64,000 nucleotides of DNA, from NCBI GenBank assembly GCA_041641305.1, contig JBEPYN010000002.1:32001-96000 (forward strand), read 5' to 3'. The translations under genes and the position numbers were made by a program. The stretch comes from Nitrososphaerota archaeon (GTDB lineage Archaea > Thermoproteota > Nitrososphaeria_A > Caldarchaeales > Caldarchaeaceae). Below the pieces are notes generated by a model. It was given only the letters and a program-made list of their open reading frames with translations, was not told the origin of the DNA and did no database searches. Shown here piece by piece: positions 19,604 to 29,748 of the stretch (its first letter is position 1; each line of letters begins with the position of its first letter).

Positions 19604-20890
19604 TTAACGTGTCTCCTTCTCCAAAGGTTGTTTAACCAGCTGGGCCTGAAGCACCGAGACGGATACCGCTGTGAGGAAAGATGGGATGGATGCGCCTATG
19701 TCGGGGGCCAGCTGCAGTATGGTGACGTAAACCATTATTCCAGCTATCCATGAGACGAAGCCGCGGACTTTGACGCCGCTCGGCTGATAGAACTCGTCGA
19801 CGGTCGGCGGGTTGTTTCTCCTGTTGATGAAGAACTCGGCTGTCATGGCTCCGAGAAGCGGCACAAACAGCGAGCCTATGAGGAGGAGGAACCATTCATA
19901 CTGCAGCAGCGGAACCGTTAGGGCGAGAAGGGCTCCCGCGGCTGTTGTGAAGGCTGCGAAAACCCACTGAGGTGTTTTGGGGAAGATGTTTTGGAAGGAG
20001 ACGGCTGAGGAGTAGATGTCGGCGAAGCCGTTGTCTGTTTCGTCGACCAAGATGAGGATGAGCGCCGCGTTGCCGAGAAAGAGTGTCCCAATCGCTGAGA
20101 TTATGTCGTCGATGCCGAGGACCGCGACCAGCCCTGCTCCGAGCAGGTAAAACCATGTGTTGGCGACCGTGTAGCCAGACAACGTGCCCGTGAAGCTCGA
20201 GGAGGGCTTGGCTGCAAACCTGTTATAGTCCGAGACAAGCGGCCACCACGACACAGGCATCGCGACCACTATGTCGAGGGCCAGCAGCAAAGGTATCGCA
20301 TCGGGCCTGCCGCCGGTGAGCCACTGACCCAATCCCGGAGAAGTGGCGACGAGATAGGTTATCCAGATGGATGACAGATAGACAAGCCAGATGGCGTATC
20401 GCTCAAGCCATTTGCGGACAACGGCAAGAGGCCCGCCCAAGGCCAGCAACAGACACCATAGGCTGAAGACAACCACCCATATCGGGAAGCTGAGCTCACC
20501 GAAGAGCCAGCCCGTCAAAACACCCGCCGCCTGAGCCATAATCATAATCTCGAAACCCGTCCAACCGATGAGCTGAACGATGTTTAGAACAGTGGGAATG
20601 TAGCTGCCGCGGAGGCCGAGGACAGGACGCAGGCTCACCATCGTCGGCACACCATACCTGCTTCCGACAACGCCAGCGGAGGCGAGCATCAGGCTCCCGA
20701 TTATCGAACCAGCGAGAGAAACAGCCAGAACCTCGAAGAAACTCAGCGAAGACAGGAAAGAACCGGCCACCATCACCAGAAGACCGACACCCAAGCTCGA
20801 CCAGAGAACAAAGTAGTCAAAAAACCGAAGAACTCTGCTGCTTTCGGGAACTGGTTCAGCGCCCCATTCAGGCGGAAGCCGTATCTTCAT
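19604..20890 (-). CDS. cytX: NCS1 family hydroxymethylpyrimidine transporter CytX
   Basis: W.SLGVGLLV, QLIGWT.FE, AMPVSW.PL.SDY.RF, DETDN.FADIYS. Confidence 0.8.
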   Translation of the reverse strand: MKIRLPPEWGAEPVPESSRVLRFFDYFVLWSSLGVGLLVMVAGSFLSSLSFFEVLAVSLAGSIIGSLMLASAGVVGSRYGVPTMVSLRPVLGLRGSYIPTVLNIVQLIGWTGFEIMIMAQAAGVLTGWLFGELSFPIWVVVFSLWCLLLALGGPLAVVRKWLERYAIWLVYLSSIWITYLVATSPGLGQWLTGGRPDAIPLLLALDIVVAMPVSWWPLVSDYNRFAAKPSSSFTGTLSGYTVANTWFYLLGAGLVAVLGIDDIISAIGTLFLGNAALILILVDETDNGFADIYSSAVSFQNIFPKTPQWVFAAFTTAAGALLALTVPLLQYEWFLLLIGSLFVPLLGAMTAEFFINRRNNPPTVDEFYQPSGVKVRGFVSWIAGIMVYVTILQLAPDIGASIPSFLTAVSVSVLQAQLVKQPLEKETR

Positions 20891-20937
20891 AATCCCAGCT
20901 GGGTATAGGACACAATATAAACCACTAAATAACTCAC

Positions 20938-21330
20938 TCATAACTTAGACTTCACAACCGCCAACCCCCTATCAGTCAATATATACCGGAAAGGCTTCCC
21001 CTCCCGCTTTACATACCCCCTATCGTGTAGACTCTTCAGAAGACGGGCGGTGTGCTCGCGGCTGAGGTTGAGAGCCCTGCTGACGTCACTTGACATCACT
21101 TCTCCCCGTTCATGAATAAGCCGCAAAGCAGCCAAAGCAGAGGGATGAAGCTCCTCTTCCCCATGCGCTCTTTCCTCTATTGCTGGTTGTGGTGTATCCC
21201 TCTCTTGCGTGATTTTTTGTGACCTCTGTTGAGTGATGCCGTGACGCGTCACAGCCCTCCGGTAAACATAGATAAAAATCAGCGTCTGAGCCACAAACAA
21301 AGCAGAAAAAACAAGGGTGACCGTCTCCAT
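20938..21330 (-). CDS. Membrane-anchored winged-HTH protein
   Basis: N-terminal TM; 'LSREHTARLLKSL..RGYV.R.GKPFRY'. Confidence 0.7.
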   Translation of the reverse strand: METVTLVFSALFVAQTLIFIYVYRRAVTRHGITQQRSQKITQERDTPQPAIEERAHGEEELHPSALAALRLIHERGEVMSSDVSRALNLSREHTARLLKSLHDRGYVKREGKPFRYILTDRGLAVVKSKL

Positions 21331-21335
21331 GTCGG

Positions 21336-21731
21336 CTAAACCCCCAGCTGCCCCAGGAAATCTCTGACAGTTTCCCAGTCCTTTTCCTCAAAGGCTTCGC
21401 TCAGCCGGAAAAACCACTGGTATTGTGGGAGCTTGATTAGCCCGAGGTAGCTGAGCAAAATCAGTGTGTAGAATGATTTTTGGATGTTTGTGATGGCTTG
21501 TTTGCGGGTTCTGATGTAGGAGCCTTTTGTGACGCCGCGTAGCGCGGCCCTTTGATGTGATGTCAACGTCACGCCGTCACGGTGTGATATCACGTCGAAA
21601 ATAAGGGTTTCCACCTGCTTCTGCGTGAGATGGCTTCGCTTAAGCAGCTCCTTGAAAATCGTGTCTCCGGTCATTTTCCGCATGAATTCAGCCATTTCCC
21701 GGCTTTCCGTCTTTTCCTCTTTATCCCCCAT
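21336..21731 (-). CDS. Conserved archaeal HTH-like protein
   Basis: 'S.LT.KQ.ETL', 'GVTKGSY.RT..QA..N..KS.YT'. Confidence 0.55.
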   Translation of the reverse strand: MGDKEEKTESREMAEFMRKMTGDTIFKELLKRSHLTQKQVETLIFDVISHRDGVTLTSHQRAALRGVTKGSYIRTRKQAITNIQKSFYTLILLSYLGLIKLPQYQWFFRLSEAFEEKDWETVRDFLGQLGV

Positions 21732-21861
21732 ATCTGGAATACACTTTTGTAAACCGCATTATTTTTGCATCACGCAGCATCACACCCGGAACCCATACCA
21801 TAGGATTATTAAGGTAATACTGTTAAAGGGATAAATCAAGCTGGTGCGGATTTGTCATTCG

Positions 21862-22242
21862 ATGACCGTGGTTAAGAACGTGGGTGATGCGGAGGCGCGG
21901 CCTGTTGACAGAGCTAGGGACACGTTTATTCAGGTGCTTGTCGACGCCCGAGACGGCTCGGCTAACATTTTTCTCCGCAGGTTCGTGATTAAGCCAGGCG
22001 GAGAAATTCCCGCACATAGTCACCCTGACATGGAGCATGTACAGTATGTTTTGCGGGGCGAGTATGAGGTTGTTCTCGACGGTGTGGTTCATAGGGTGAA
22101 GGCTGGTGATGTCTTGTTTATTCCGGCTAAGACTGTTCATAGTTACCGGAACATGGGGAAGGAGGATGCGGAGTTTCTCTGCGTGATAAGGGGAGGGCCC
22201 TACGAGACCAAGTGGGCAGATGAAGGCGCTTCACGCTGCTGA
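21862..22242 (+). CDS. Cupin domain protein
   Basis: H.HP..EH..YVL.G and GD..FIP....H.Y.N. Confidence 0.9.
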   Translation: MTVVKNVGDAEARPVDRARDTFIQVLVDARDGSANIFLRRFVIKPGGEIPAHSHPDMEHVQYVLRGEYEVVLDGVVHRVKAGDVLFIPAKTVHSYRNMGKEDAEFLCVIRGGPYETKWADEGASRC

Positions 22243-22288
22243 GCTGCTGCACTATCGTGTTCCCGCCGACATCACATAGGGTAGTCTA

Positions 22289-23188
22289 TTGTTGCGTGAG
22301 GGAGCTTATTTCATCGATGTCTACGGCGATGTTTACGCTGTCAAGGGCCTTGTTCATCCGCCGGGCCGTGTATACGCGGTTCCTCGTCTGCTTAGACGTG
22401 AGGAGATGAAAAATATCCAAAAAGCTCTACAACTCATAGCGTCTGAGAGAAGCGGTTACCTTTTCCAAGACCCATATACAGGGCGGCGGGTGATAGCTGT
22501 TCCCCGTAAAAACATCAAACAAGTCATCACACCCTCCAAAAACATCAAGGGCCCTCCGCATCTCGTCGAGACGGCGAAAAAGCTTTCAAAGGTTCTCAGC
22601 CGAGCTGGCGTAGAACATGGTTTCACGGGCTCTCTCCTCCTCGGGACAGCGGACAACGAATCCGACATCGACATAGTCATCTACGGCGGTGCAAGAGAAT
22701 ACAAGAAGCTGAAAACACTTAGGCTCAGAAACATTCTTCAACCCGTCGATGAATCCGTGCTCCATCTCCTTGCCAAAAGCCGTCTCGACACACCATTTGC
22801 CCAGCCAACCCTCGCCACGGAGCAGCGTAAAATCCTCACCGGAAAGTTTGAGCACAAGCTTTACACGATGAAGATTGTTCCAAGGGTTTTTTGGGAGAGC
22901 TGGCATACTACAAGAGTTTATCCGCAGGAGGCTCTTGAGGCTGTTGTAGAGATAACCGATGCACGCCAGGGCTTCACCACTCCTTCACGGTACCGTGTGA
23001 GACCGCTTGAAACCGAGGCTGGTTTCACGGAGATTATTAGTTTTCGGAGCAGGTTCGCGGAGATGGGCGCGAGGGGTGAGAGGCTGCGTGTCCACGGGTT
23101 GTTGGAGAAGGTGGTTAAGCCGGGGAAAATATATCACAGGCTTAACGTTGGAATAGACGCTGGAGACTATATGGCGATGGAGATTTGA
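22289..23188 (+). CDS. Nucleotidyltransferase domain protein (COG1665-like)
   Basis: VKG..HPP, G.TGS.L......SDIDIV.YG, F.TP..Y. Confidence 0.75.
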   Translation: MLREGAYFIDVYGDVYAVKGLVHPPGRVYAVPRLLRREEMKNIQKALQLIASERSGYLFQDPYTGRRVIAVPRKNIKQVITPSKNIKGPPHLVETAKKLSKVLSRAGVEHGFTGSLLLGTADNESDIDIVIYGGAREYKKLKTLRLRNILQPVDESVLHLLAKSRLDTPFAQPTLATEQRKILTGKFEHKLYTMKIVPRVFWESWHTTRVYPQEALEAVVEITDARQGFTTPSRYRVRPLETEAGFTEIISFRSRFAEMGARGERLRVHGLLEKVVKPGKIYHRLNVGIDAGDYMAMEI

Positions 23189-24216
23189 CTATGCTTCGCG
23201 ACTCCAAACACCTCTACCTTGACCACGACTTTGTCGAGACGGGTGATGGATGGATATTCGGCGTGGTCTCCAACACGCATCCACCTGGCCGCATCCTCGC
23301 CTACCTCAAATACATCCCGGGAGACGGTGTCTGGACACGCGACGGCATCGCCTACAAACGCGTCCTTGCAACCTATTCTATGCGTGAGGTTGTGCAGATG
23401 GTTGAGAGCGTGCGGAAGAGTAGGCCCGAGTATGTATACATGGACCCTTCGACAGGTGAAGAGTTTGTCTATGTTCCCGTGGAGCGGGTTGTGAAGCATT
23501 ACAGGTGTGAGGAGGGGCTTACACGTATTTTGGAGAGGCCGGTGAACAGGGTTGAGGCTGTTTGCGCGGAGCTTGTTAACCAGCTTTCCAGCCGCTCCGG
23601 CCTCTCCTATGGCTTTTTCGGCGTCTCAGGCTCTCTATTGCTCAGGCTCTTCAACCCCGCGGCGGACATAGACCTCGTCGTCTACGGCGGCGAAAATTTC
23701 CGCAAAGTCGTCGAAGCCTCATACAGGCTTCAGACAGAGAAGACCCTCGCCGAAAACCAGGTCATCCTCGTCAAAAACTACATGGCGAAATATCCCATAA
23801 CACAGGAGGAGGCCGAGGAGCTTGCCAAAAGATGCCGCACACGAGGTATCTTCCACGGCACATACTACTCGCTCCACGCCGTCAGAACCTTGAGAGAAAA
23901 CAAGCGAAGCTACGGCGAAGTCACCAGCAGATACATAGGAGTGGAGAAAACCATTCTCAGGATAACCGATGCGTCGGAGAGCGTGTTCACTCCCGCTGTC
24001 TACGGTGTTGAGGACCTTGGCGGTAAAAACGTTGAACAGCTCGTCTGCTACGACACAACTTTTGCGGGGCTATTCAACGAGGGCGAGGTCGTCGAGGCGC
24101 TGGGAAAGCTTGAGAAAACTGTTGACCATGTTGAGAACCGTGTCTACCGCAGCCTCGTGATAGGCACCATTAGAACAGCCGACATAGAATATGTCAAGCC
24201 TTTAAGAAGCGTTTGA
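23185..24216 (+). CDS. Nucleotidyltransferase domain protein (COG1665-like), paralog of upstream gene
   Basis: HPPG..LAYLKY.P, GVSGSLL......DIDLVVYG, FTPAVY. Confidence 0.8.
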   Translation: MTMLRDSKHLYLDHDFVETGDGWIFGVVSNTHPPGRILAYLKYIPGDGVWTRDGIAYKRVLATYSMREVVQMVESVRKSRPEYVYMDPSTGEEFVYVPVERVVKHYRCEEGLTRILERPVNRVEAVCAELVNQLSSRSGLSYGFFGVSGSLLLRLFNPAADIDLVVYGGENFRKVVEASYRLQTEKTLAENQVILVKNYMAKYPITQEEAEELAKRCRTRGIFHGTYYSLHAVRTLRENKRSYGEVTSRYIGVEKTILRITDASESVFTPAVYGVEDLGGKNVEQLVCYDTTFAGLFNEGEVVEALGKLEKTVDHVENRVYRSLVIGTIRTADIEYVKPLRSV

Positions 24217-25705
24217 CCCTGTCCGATATCTCCATGGCTATCCACGGCGGTGTCCAAAGCGACATCGTCCTCACATAGCTTGTCTTCAAACATCTTGCTA
24301 TGACTCCGGTGTCGCCTACAGCGGCATAGCCTTTGACCACATGCTCAGCGAGCGAGGCCGCTTCATCGGCTTCGAGATAGTGGCCGGGGTAGAAGATAAG
24401 CTCCATCAGATCCCATGCAGGATCGCTGTCGAAGGAAGCCTGCTCAACATCTGTGATGAATATTTTTCCATCGCTTGTTTTGATGAATGACTCTGGCTTG
24501 CAGTCACCCAGCCGTCCGCCGACACGATGCACAGACGCCAGCACCCGGCCCACCTCATCCGCGAAAACAGCTCTGTCACCATGTTTCTCAATCCATGCGT
24601 CGAGAAGAGAACGGCCCTCTACATAGGTTGTGTAGAGAATCTTGTCCCGCCAGTTGACGTGGATAATTTCAGGTGTATGGAAGCCGTGGCTGCGGAGAAA
24701 ATCGAGGAAGTAGATTTCTTTGGCGAGACGGGTGGACGGGTTTATCGAGAAATCCTTTATCCATGCTGTCCATATTCGGGCGACGACCCATTTTACATCC
24801 GTCCAGCTCATGTAGCGTTTCGCGAACAGCTTCTCGGAGCCTACCTCGATGACGTAGGTTGAGTTGAACAGGCCTCCGACCCTTTTCACATGGCCTTCTT
24901 TCCCAAAGTATTCGCGTACAAACTCTATGATGTCGAGCTGTTTAGAGAGGGGTTGGAGGCCGCGGGATGTGCGGAGATGGATGTGCTGCTCAGGGTCGGG
25001 TAAAGATGGTGATTGTGCCGAGAGGTTTGAAGTGGCTTCGAAGACGAGGAGAGAGAAAAGCTTTGAGAGCTTGATGAGGTTGATGCGTCGAAGCGGCTCC
25101 AACCCGCTGAGAACCGAGAGCTTTTCAAACCTTTTCACAGCTTCGAGAGTAGGAGAGTAGCCGCCGTCAACCCTGTTCAGAAGACCCTCTGAAACCAGCT
25201 CGGAAGCAGCCTCCTCAAACCCTCTCTCATCCAACAAAACGCTGGAGAAATCGCTCCTCAGCAGAGGAAACGCCTCCGTAATTCTCCTAACCTTCTCAAG
25301 GAGGAAATACAGCGGCTCGATTACGATGTTGACGGCCGCGTACTTGTGGGCGGTTACGAGGTCTTTTAACAGCTGGCGAATGGTTTCACGTCGGTAGGTT
25401 TTCTCAAGAGTTTGCATCAGCTCCTCGCCCTTAAGCACCGTGTGGGGGAGGAGAAGCCTGTGGGCGAAAACCTCTCCATACGACGAGTTGTAAACATCGT
25501 CGATGAAATCAGATTTGTCCACGAGATATACGTGGAGATCCGGTTCACGCAACACTCTCACACCCTGACGCAGCCTCGACACCAACACAACATACTCAGG
25601 CCTCCTAACCGGAAAGAAAACAACCGCTTCAACACCGGCTTCAACACCCTTCTCCGCAAGCAACCGCTCCACAGAAGACAACATCCCAACACCAACCATA
25701 CACAC
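24194..25705 (-). CDS. Degenerate NTase-like N-terminal region fused to protein-kinase-like (Bud32/Kdo/APH) domain
   Basis: FAKRY, E..FL, H......GDCKPES, TDVEQA, DL.E motifs. Confidence 0.6.
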   Translation of the reverse strand: MCMVGVGMLSSVERLLAEKGVEAGVEAVVFFPVRRPEYVVLVSRLRQGVRVLREPDLHVYLVDKSDFIDDVYNSSYGEVFAHRLLLPHTVLKGEELMQTLEKTYRRETIRQLLKDLVTAHKYAAVNIVIEPLYFLLEKVRRITEAFPLLRSDFSSVLLDERGFEEAASELVSEGLLNRVDGGYSPTLEAVKRFEKLSVLSGLEPLRRINLIKLSKLFSLLVFEATSNLSAQSPSLPDPEQHIHLRTSRGLQPLSKQLDIIEFVREYFGKEGHVKRVGGLFNSTYVIEVGSEKLFAKRYMSWTDVKWVVARIWTAWIKDFSINPSTRLAKEIYFLDFLRSHGFHTPEIIHVNWRDKILYTTYVEGRSLLDAWIEKHGDRAVFADEVGRVLASVHRVGGRLGDCKPESFIKTSDGKIFITDVEQASFDSDPAWDLMELIFYPGHYLEADEAASLAEHVVKGYAAVGDTGVIARCLKTSYVRTMSLWTPPWIAMEISDRVKRFLKA

Positions 25706-25830
25706 AACATAATAGGGCTTCCGCCGGCGGACCAGCCAACTTTTATGACCTGCTGCGAATTTGGCTGGATAGAAACTGTGGATGCGGCGTGTGATAGATT
25801 AATTTACTGGCTTGATGAGGTTTCTGTGGT

Positions 25831-27165
25831 TTGAAGCTGGATTTTACTGCTCAAAGGCGGTTTGTGAGATTGGCTCAGAGGCTGGGTGCTTCGGATGTCG
25901 TCTTCACCTCTCATCAAACTCTGTGGCAGATGATACGCTTCTCCAACAACAAGATAACTGTCTCCAAGAACGGGTCCACGGTTTCCGTGGATGTTTATGT
26001 TAGTGTGAAGGGGCGGCGGGCTGTGCAGTCGACGACCGATGTCTCGCCCAAGTCTATTGAGGAGCTTGTGAGGAAAACCGTCGCCGCGGCCAAGGCGTCT
26101 CCCGAGGCAGATGTTTACGCACCTCTGCCAAAAGGGCCCTTCAAGTATGACAAGAAGCTTCTCAAACCTGTTTCCGCAGAGGTTTCTCCCGAGCAGCTTG
26201 TGGAGTATGTTGGGGAGGCTGTGAACGGCGGGCTCGACAACGGCGCAAAACGTGTGGCGGGGAGCCTTGTCTACACCCGTGGAAAAATGCTGTTGACGAC
26301 GACAGGCGGTGTGGAGGCGTCGGCCTCGAGCACGGGTATCGAGATATCTGTCAGGGCCTTTGCAGCAGACGATGCCACGGGCCACTTCGTATCCGTTGCA
26401 GCTGACCCTAAGCAGTTCACACCATACCAGGCGGGTGCGAAGGCGGGTGAGATTGCGAAAATGGCTCTCAACCCCGTCGACGGAGAAGCAGGCGTCTACG
26501 AGGGACTTCTCGGCCCCATGACGTTTGCACATATTCTCGAGCAGGTGGGCTCATGGGCTTCTGCCTTCTATGTCGACGGTGAGATGTCTTTCTTGACGGG
26601 GTTGCTGGGCCAGAAGGCGGGCTCGGATGTTTTCAGCCTCTACGACGACCCAACCCTCGCAGGCACATACGGCGCAACACCTTTCGACGACGAAGGCCTT
26701 CCCACCAGACGAAACATCTTGTTCGAGAACGGCGTCCTCAAAACATATCTCCACAACAGCACCACCGCCAAGAAGTTCAACACATCCACGACAGCCAACG
26801 CCGGCCTCATAGTTCCCCATCCCTACAACCTCGTCTGCAGCACAGGCGACAAGTCGCTCGACAAGCTCATCTCATCCATCGACAACGGCATCTGGGTAAC
26901 CAACGACTGGTATCTCCGATACCAAAACTATCGGACAGGCGAGTTCTCAACAATTCCACGCGACGGCCTCTTCCTCATCAAGAACGGCTCCGTCGAGAAG
27001 CCGTTGAAGGGCCTAAGGCTAAGCGACAACATGCTCAACATCCTGAAGGGGATAAGATACTTGGGGGACGAAGGCTACTGGATAAAGTGGTGGGAGGTCG
27101 AGATACCGACCTACGCCCCCTACGCAGTCGTAGAGAAGCTAAACTTCACACGGTCAGCCTTCTAA
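25831..27165 (+). CDS. TldD/PmbA family protein
   Basis: RFSNNKI, DDPT, FDDEG.PT, ENGVLK.YLH, T.NAG. Confidence 0.9.
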   Translation: MKLDFTAQRRFVRLAQRLGASDVVFTSHQTLWQMIRFSNNKITVSKNGSTVSVDVYVSVKGRRAVQSTTDVSPKSIEELVRKTVAAAKASPEADVYAPLPKGPFKYDKKLLKPVSAEVSPEQLVEYVGEAVNGGLDNGAKRVAGSLVYTRGKMLLTTTGGVEASASSTGIEISVRAFAADDATGHFVSVAADPKQFTPYQAGAKAGEIAKMALNPVDGEAGVYEGLLGPMTFAHILEQVGSWASAFYVDGEMSFLTGLLGQKAGSDVFSLYDDPTLAGTYGATPFDDEGLPTRRNILFENGVLKTYLHNSTTAKKFNTSTTANAGLIVPHPYNLVCSTGDKSLDKLISSIDNGIWVTNDWYLRYQNYRTGEFSTIPRDGLFLIKNGSVEKPLKGLRLSDNMLNILKGIRYLGDEGYWIKWWEVEIPTYAPYAVVEKLNFTRSAF

Positions 27166-28510
27166 CCAGCTCACGAACCCTCTCAACAAGCATAACCGTC
27201 TTCTCGAAACCCGCCTCAACATACCTCGCCACAGCCGCTTCCTCAACTATCTTTGGATCTATCCCCCTCTCAGACAAAGTTTCACGCAACCAGCCGAGGC
27301 CCCTCTCCACCGCCTGTGCCGCGAGACTGTAGCCGTCTTCGACACCGTGTTTCCGGAGAACAAGCTGGAGAATTTCAGCCGATGCCTCTGATGTTTTCTC
27401 GACTTCTTCACGCAGCTTATCTGCCTTGATCTGTGTTTGGCTGATGGCTTGTGTGAGGTTTTTTACTCCGAGAAGTGTCAGGGCCAGGGCTGTGCCGTAG
27501 AAGCGTTTGATGATGGAGTCGCTGAGGTCTCTGTGGAGGCGTGATGAGAGGAGGCGTGTAGCCATGTAGCTGAGTATGTTGGATGCGAGGTCTAGGCATC
27601 CTTCCGCGTTTTCGAAGAGCAGCGGGTTGCGTTTCTGCGGCATGGTTGATGAGTGACGTTGTTCATATGGTTTGCCGAATTCCACGAGCCCAAGAGCCCC
27701 GAGCAGCCAGAAATCTCTGCACAGATTGGCCGCAACCGAGGCGATGACAGCTGTTGTCTGCAGTATCTCGGAGAACCTCTCATGTGGAACAACCTGTGTA
27801 GCGGCTGGTGTGTACTCGAGGCCCATTTGCTGCACAAATTTCTCTGCGAAGCTAAACCAATCTACATGTGGATAGGTTGTTTTATGCGCTGAGAGGTCGC
27901 CGACGGCTCCTCCGAGCTTGGCCTGCGGCCTTAGGTTTTTGAGCTTTTCCGTCAGCTTGGCGAGCCTGTACCCGTAGTTGGCTAGGTAGCTTCCGAAGGT
28001 TGTCGGCACAGCTGGCTGTCCATGCGTCCGTGCGAGGTAGGGCGTGGGGGCATGTGTTTCCGCTAGGGAGATGATTTCTTCGACGAGTTTTGCGAGGGCC
28101 GGTGTGAGGATGGTTTGGATGAAGTCGCGGATGGCCATGCCATAGGCTATGTTGTTGACGTCCTCGCTTGTTAGGCCATAGTGGATGAAGGGCTTTAGTG
28201 CTGCTAGGCCTCTTTCCTCAAGCTTCTTCTCGAGGAACAGTGTGGCGGCGACTACGTCATGCCCAACCCGTTGCTCGATACTCTTCACCTCCGCCGCCTC
28301 CTCACTTGATAACTGCTCCAACTCCTTCTCCAAACCCTCCAAACCAACTGCATCAGGGCCTCTGCCTATCGCCTCGAGAAACGCCCTGAGATACCGCGTC
28401 TCGACAACAAGCCTGTAGCGGATTAGTGCATGTTCGCTGAAAAACCTGCTACATTCGACGAGCTTCTCCCTATAGCGGCCGTCTATCGGCGTGATGGCAT
28501 CGATGCCTAT
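27146..28510 (-). CDS. purB: Adenylosuccinate lyase; start at ATA 28510 inferred
   Basis: ITPIDGRY upstream of the ORF-track start and in frame; HYGLTSEDVNN, RTHGQPA.PTT.G, SSTMPQKRNP..FEN.EG. Confidence 0.9.
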   Translation of the reverse strand: MGIDAITPIDGRYREKLVECSRFFSEHALIRYRLVVETRYLRAFLEAIGRGPDAVGLEGLEKELEQLSSEEAAEVKSIEQRVGHDVVAATLFLEKKLEERGLAALKPFIHYGLTSEDVNNIAYGMAIRDFIQTILTPALAKLVEEIISLAETHAPTPYLARTHGQPAVPTTFGSYLANYGYRLAKLTEKLKNLRPQAKLGGAVGDLSAHKTTYPHVDWFSFAEKFVQQMGLEYTPAATQVVPHERFSEILQTTAVIASVAANLCRDFWLLGALGLVEFGKPYEQRHSSTMPQKRNPLLFENAEGCLDLASNILSYMATRLLSSRLHRDLSDSIIKRFYGTALALTLLGVKNLTQAISQTQIKADKLREEVEKTSEASAEILQLVLRKHGVEDGYSLAAQAVERGLGWLRETLSERGIDPKIVEEAAVARYVEAGFEKTVMLVERVRELVRRLTV

Positions 28511-29748
28511 TTCCTCGTTACCGTGAGTGAAGCCTCCTCACCCACCGATGCAATGGAGATGTTTACGCGGAGCTGCTTCTCCAACCACTCGAGATATTCT
28601 CGAAAGTTTGGCGGAAGCTCATCCCATCCTTTCTCGACTGCTCTGCGAAGACCGGCTTCATCCATGCTCCATCCGCGGAACTCCTCGTAAACAGGCTGAA
28701 CCTCGTCGAGGCGATGCAGAAAATCGCCGAAACTCTCAGTCTCCACACCATCAACCACATATCTTACACAGGCCTTCACAGTCGGAAGACCCGACAACAC
28801 GTCACCCTTGGTTACCGCCACCGTGTCAACACCGTTTATCATGCATGCGTATCGCAGGGCTGGGATGTCGAGCCATCCTATCCTCCGGGGCCTGCCGGTC
28901 GTTGTCCCGTATTCTCCTCCTTTTTCTCGGATGAGGTCAGCAACCTGTCCCGTTGCCTCGGTTGGGAAGGGCCCTGCGCCGACGCGTGTGGTGTAGGCTT
29001 TGGTGACGCCGATGATGAGGTGTTTCCGCGATATGGGCAGGCCTGTGCTGACGAACCCGTTTGCGGCCACGGTGTTGGAGGATGTTACGTAGGGGTAGGT
29101 GCCGTGGTCTATGTCCAGCAAAGTCCCCTGCGCACCCTCCAGCAAAACACGGCCACCCGACTCAACCACGTCGTTGAGATAACCGGGGACGTTGCCCGCG
29201 AACGGTTCCAGCAAATACCTAAGCTTCTCGAGGTCAGCCCTCAGCTCGGCTCCGTGCAGCTTCTGGAGAAAAGCGGCCCACTTCTCGAGAGAATTCCGCG
29301 CCAACAGGTCCCCTACTCTTATCCCCACTCGGAGCATTTTGTCAGCGTATGCCGGGCCTATTCCTCTACGGGTTGTTCCGACGGCTGCTTCGCCGCGGAG
29401 TGACTCGAGCTTGGCGTCTGCTTCGCGGTGTAGTGGGAAGACGATGTGGGCGGCTGTGCTTATGAGAGGCTTGTGTCTGTGTCCGAGTGTTTTGAGGAGC
29501 TGCAGCTCTTTTTCGAATGCTTCGGGGTCGAGTAGGCAGCCTGCGGCTATGACGGGGCGGGGGCCTGCGAGGCATCCCGCTGGAAGCATGTTGAATTTGT
29601 ACCGTGTTTCGCCGATTTTGACTGTGTGCCCCGCGTTGGCCCCTCCCTGAAACCTCACAACCACCTCAGCATCACGTGACAAAACATAGCTTATCTTGCC
29701 CTTGCCCTCATCGCCCCACTGAAGACCGACAACCACGTCAACACTCAT
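28507..29748 (-). CDS. purA: Adenylosuccinate synthetase
   Basis: GLQWGDEGKGK, GGANAGHT, EGAQG..LDIDHGTYPYVTSS, TTGRPRR.GW.D. Confidence 0.97.
   Translation of the reverse strand: MSVDVVVGLQWGDEGKGKISYVLSRDAEVVVRFQGGANAGHTVKIGETRYKFNMLPAGCLAGPRPVIAAGCLLDPEAFEKELQLLKTLGHRHKPLISTAAHIVFPLHREADAKLESLRGEAAVGTTRRGIGPAYADKMLRVGIRVGDLLARNSLEKWAAFLQKLHGAELRADLEKLRYLLEPFAGNVPGYLNDVVESGGRVLLEGAQGTLLDIDHGTYPYVTSSNTVAANGFVSTGLPISRKHLIIGVTKAYTTRVGAGPFPTEATGQVADLIREKGGEYGTTTGRPRRIGWLDIPALRYACMINGVDTVAVTKGDVLSGLPTVKACVRYVVDGVETESFGDFLHRLDEVQPVYEEFRGWSMDEAGLRRAVEKGWDELPPNFREYLEWLEKQLRVNISIASVGEEASLTVTRK

Noticed and set aside
20890-20941. TPP riboswitch upstream of cytX
   Set aside because: Only ~50 bp of intergenic space and no TPP aptamer motif.
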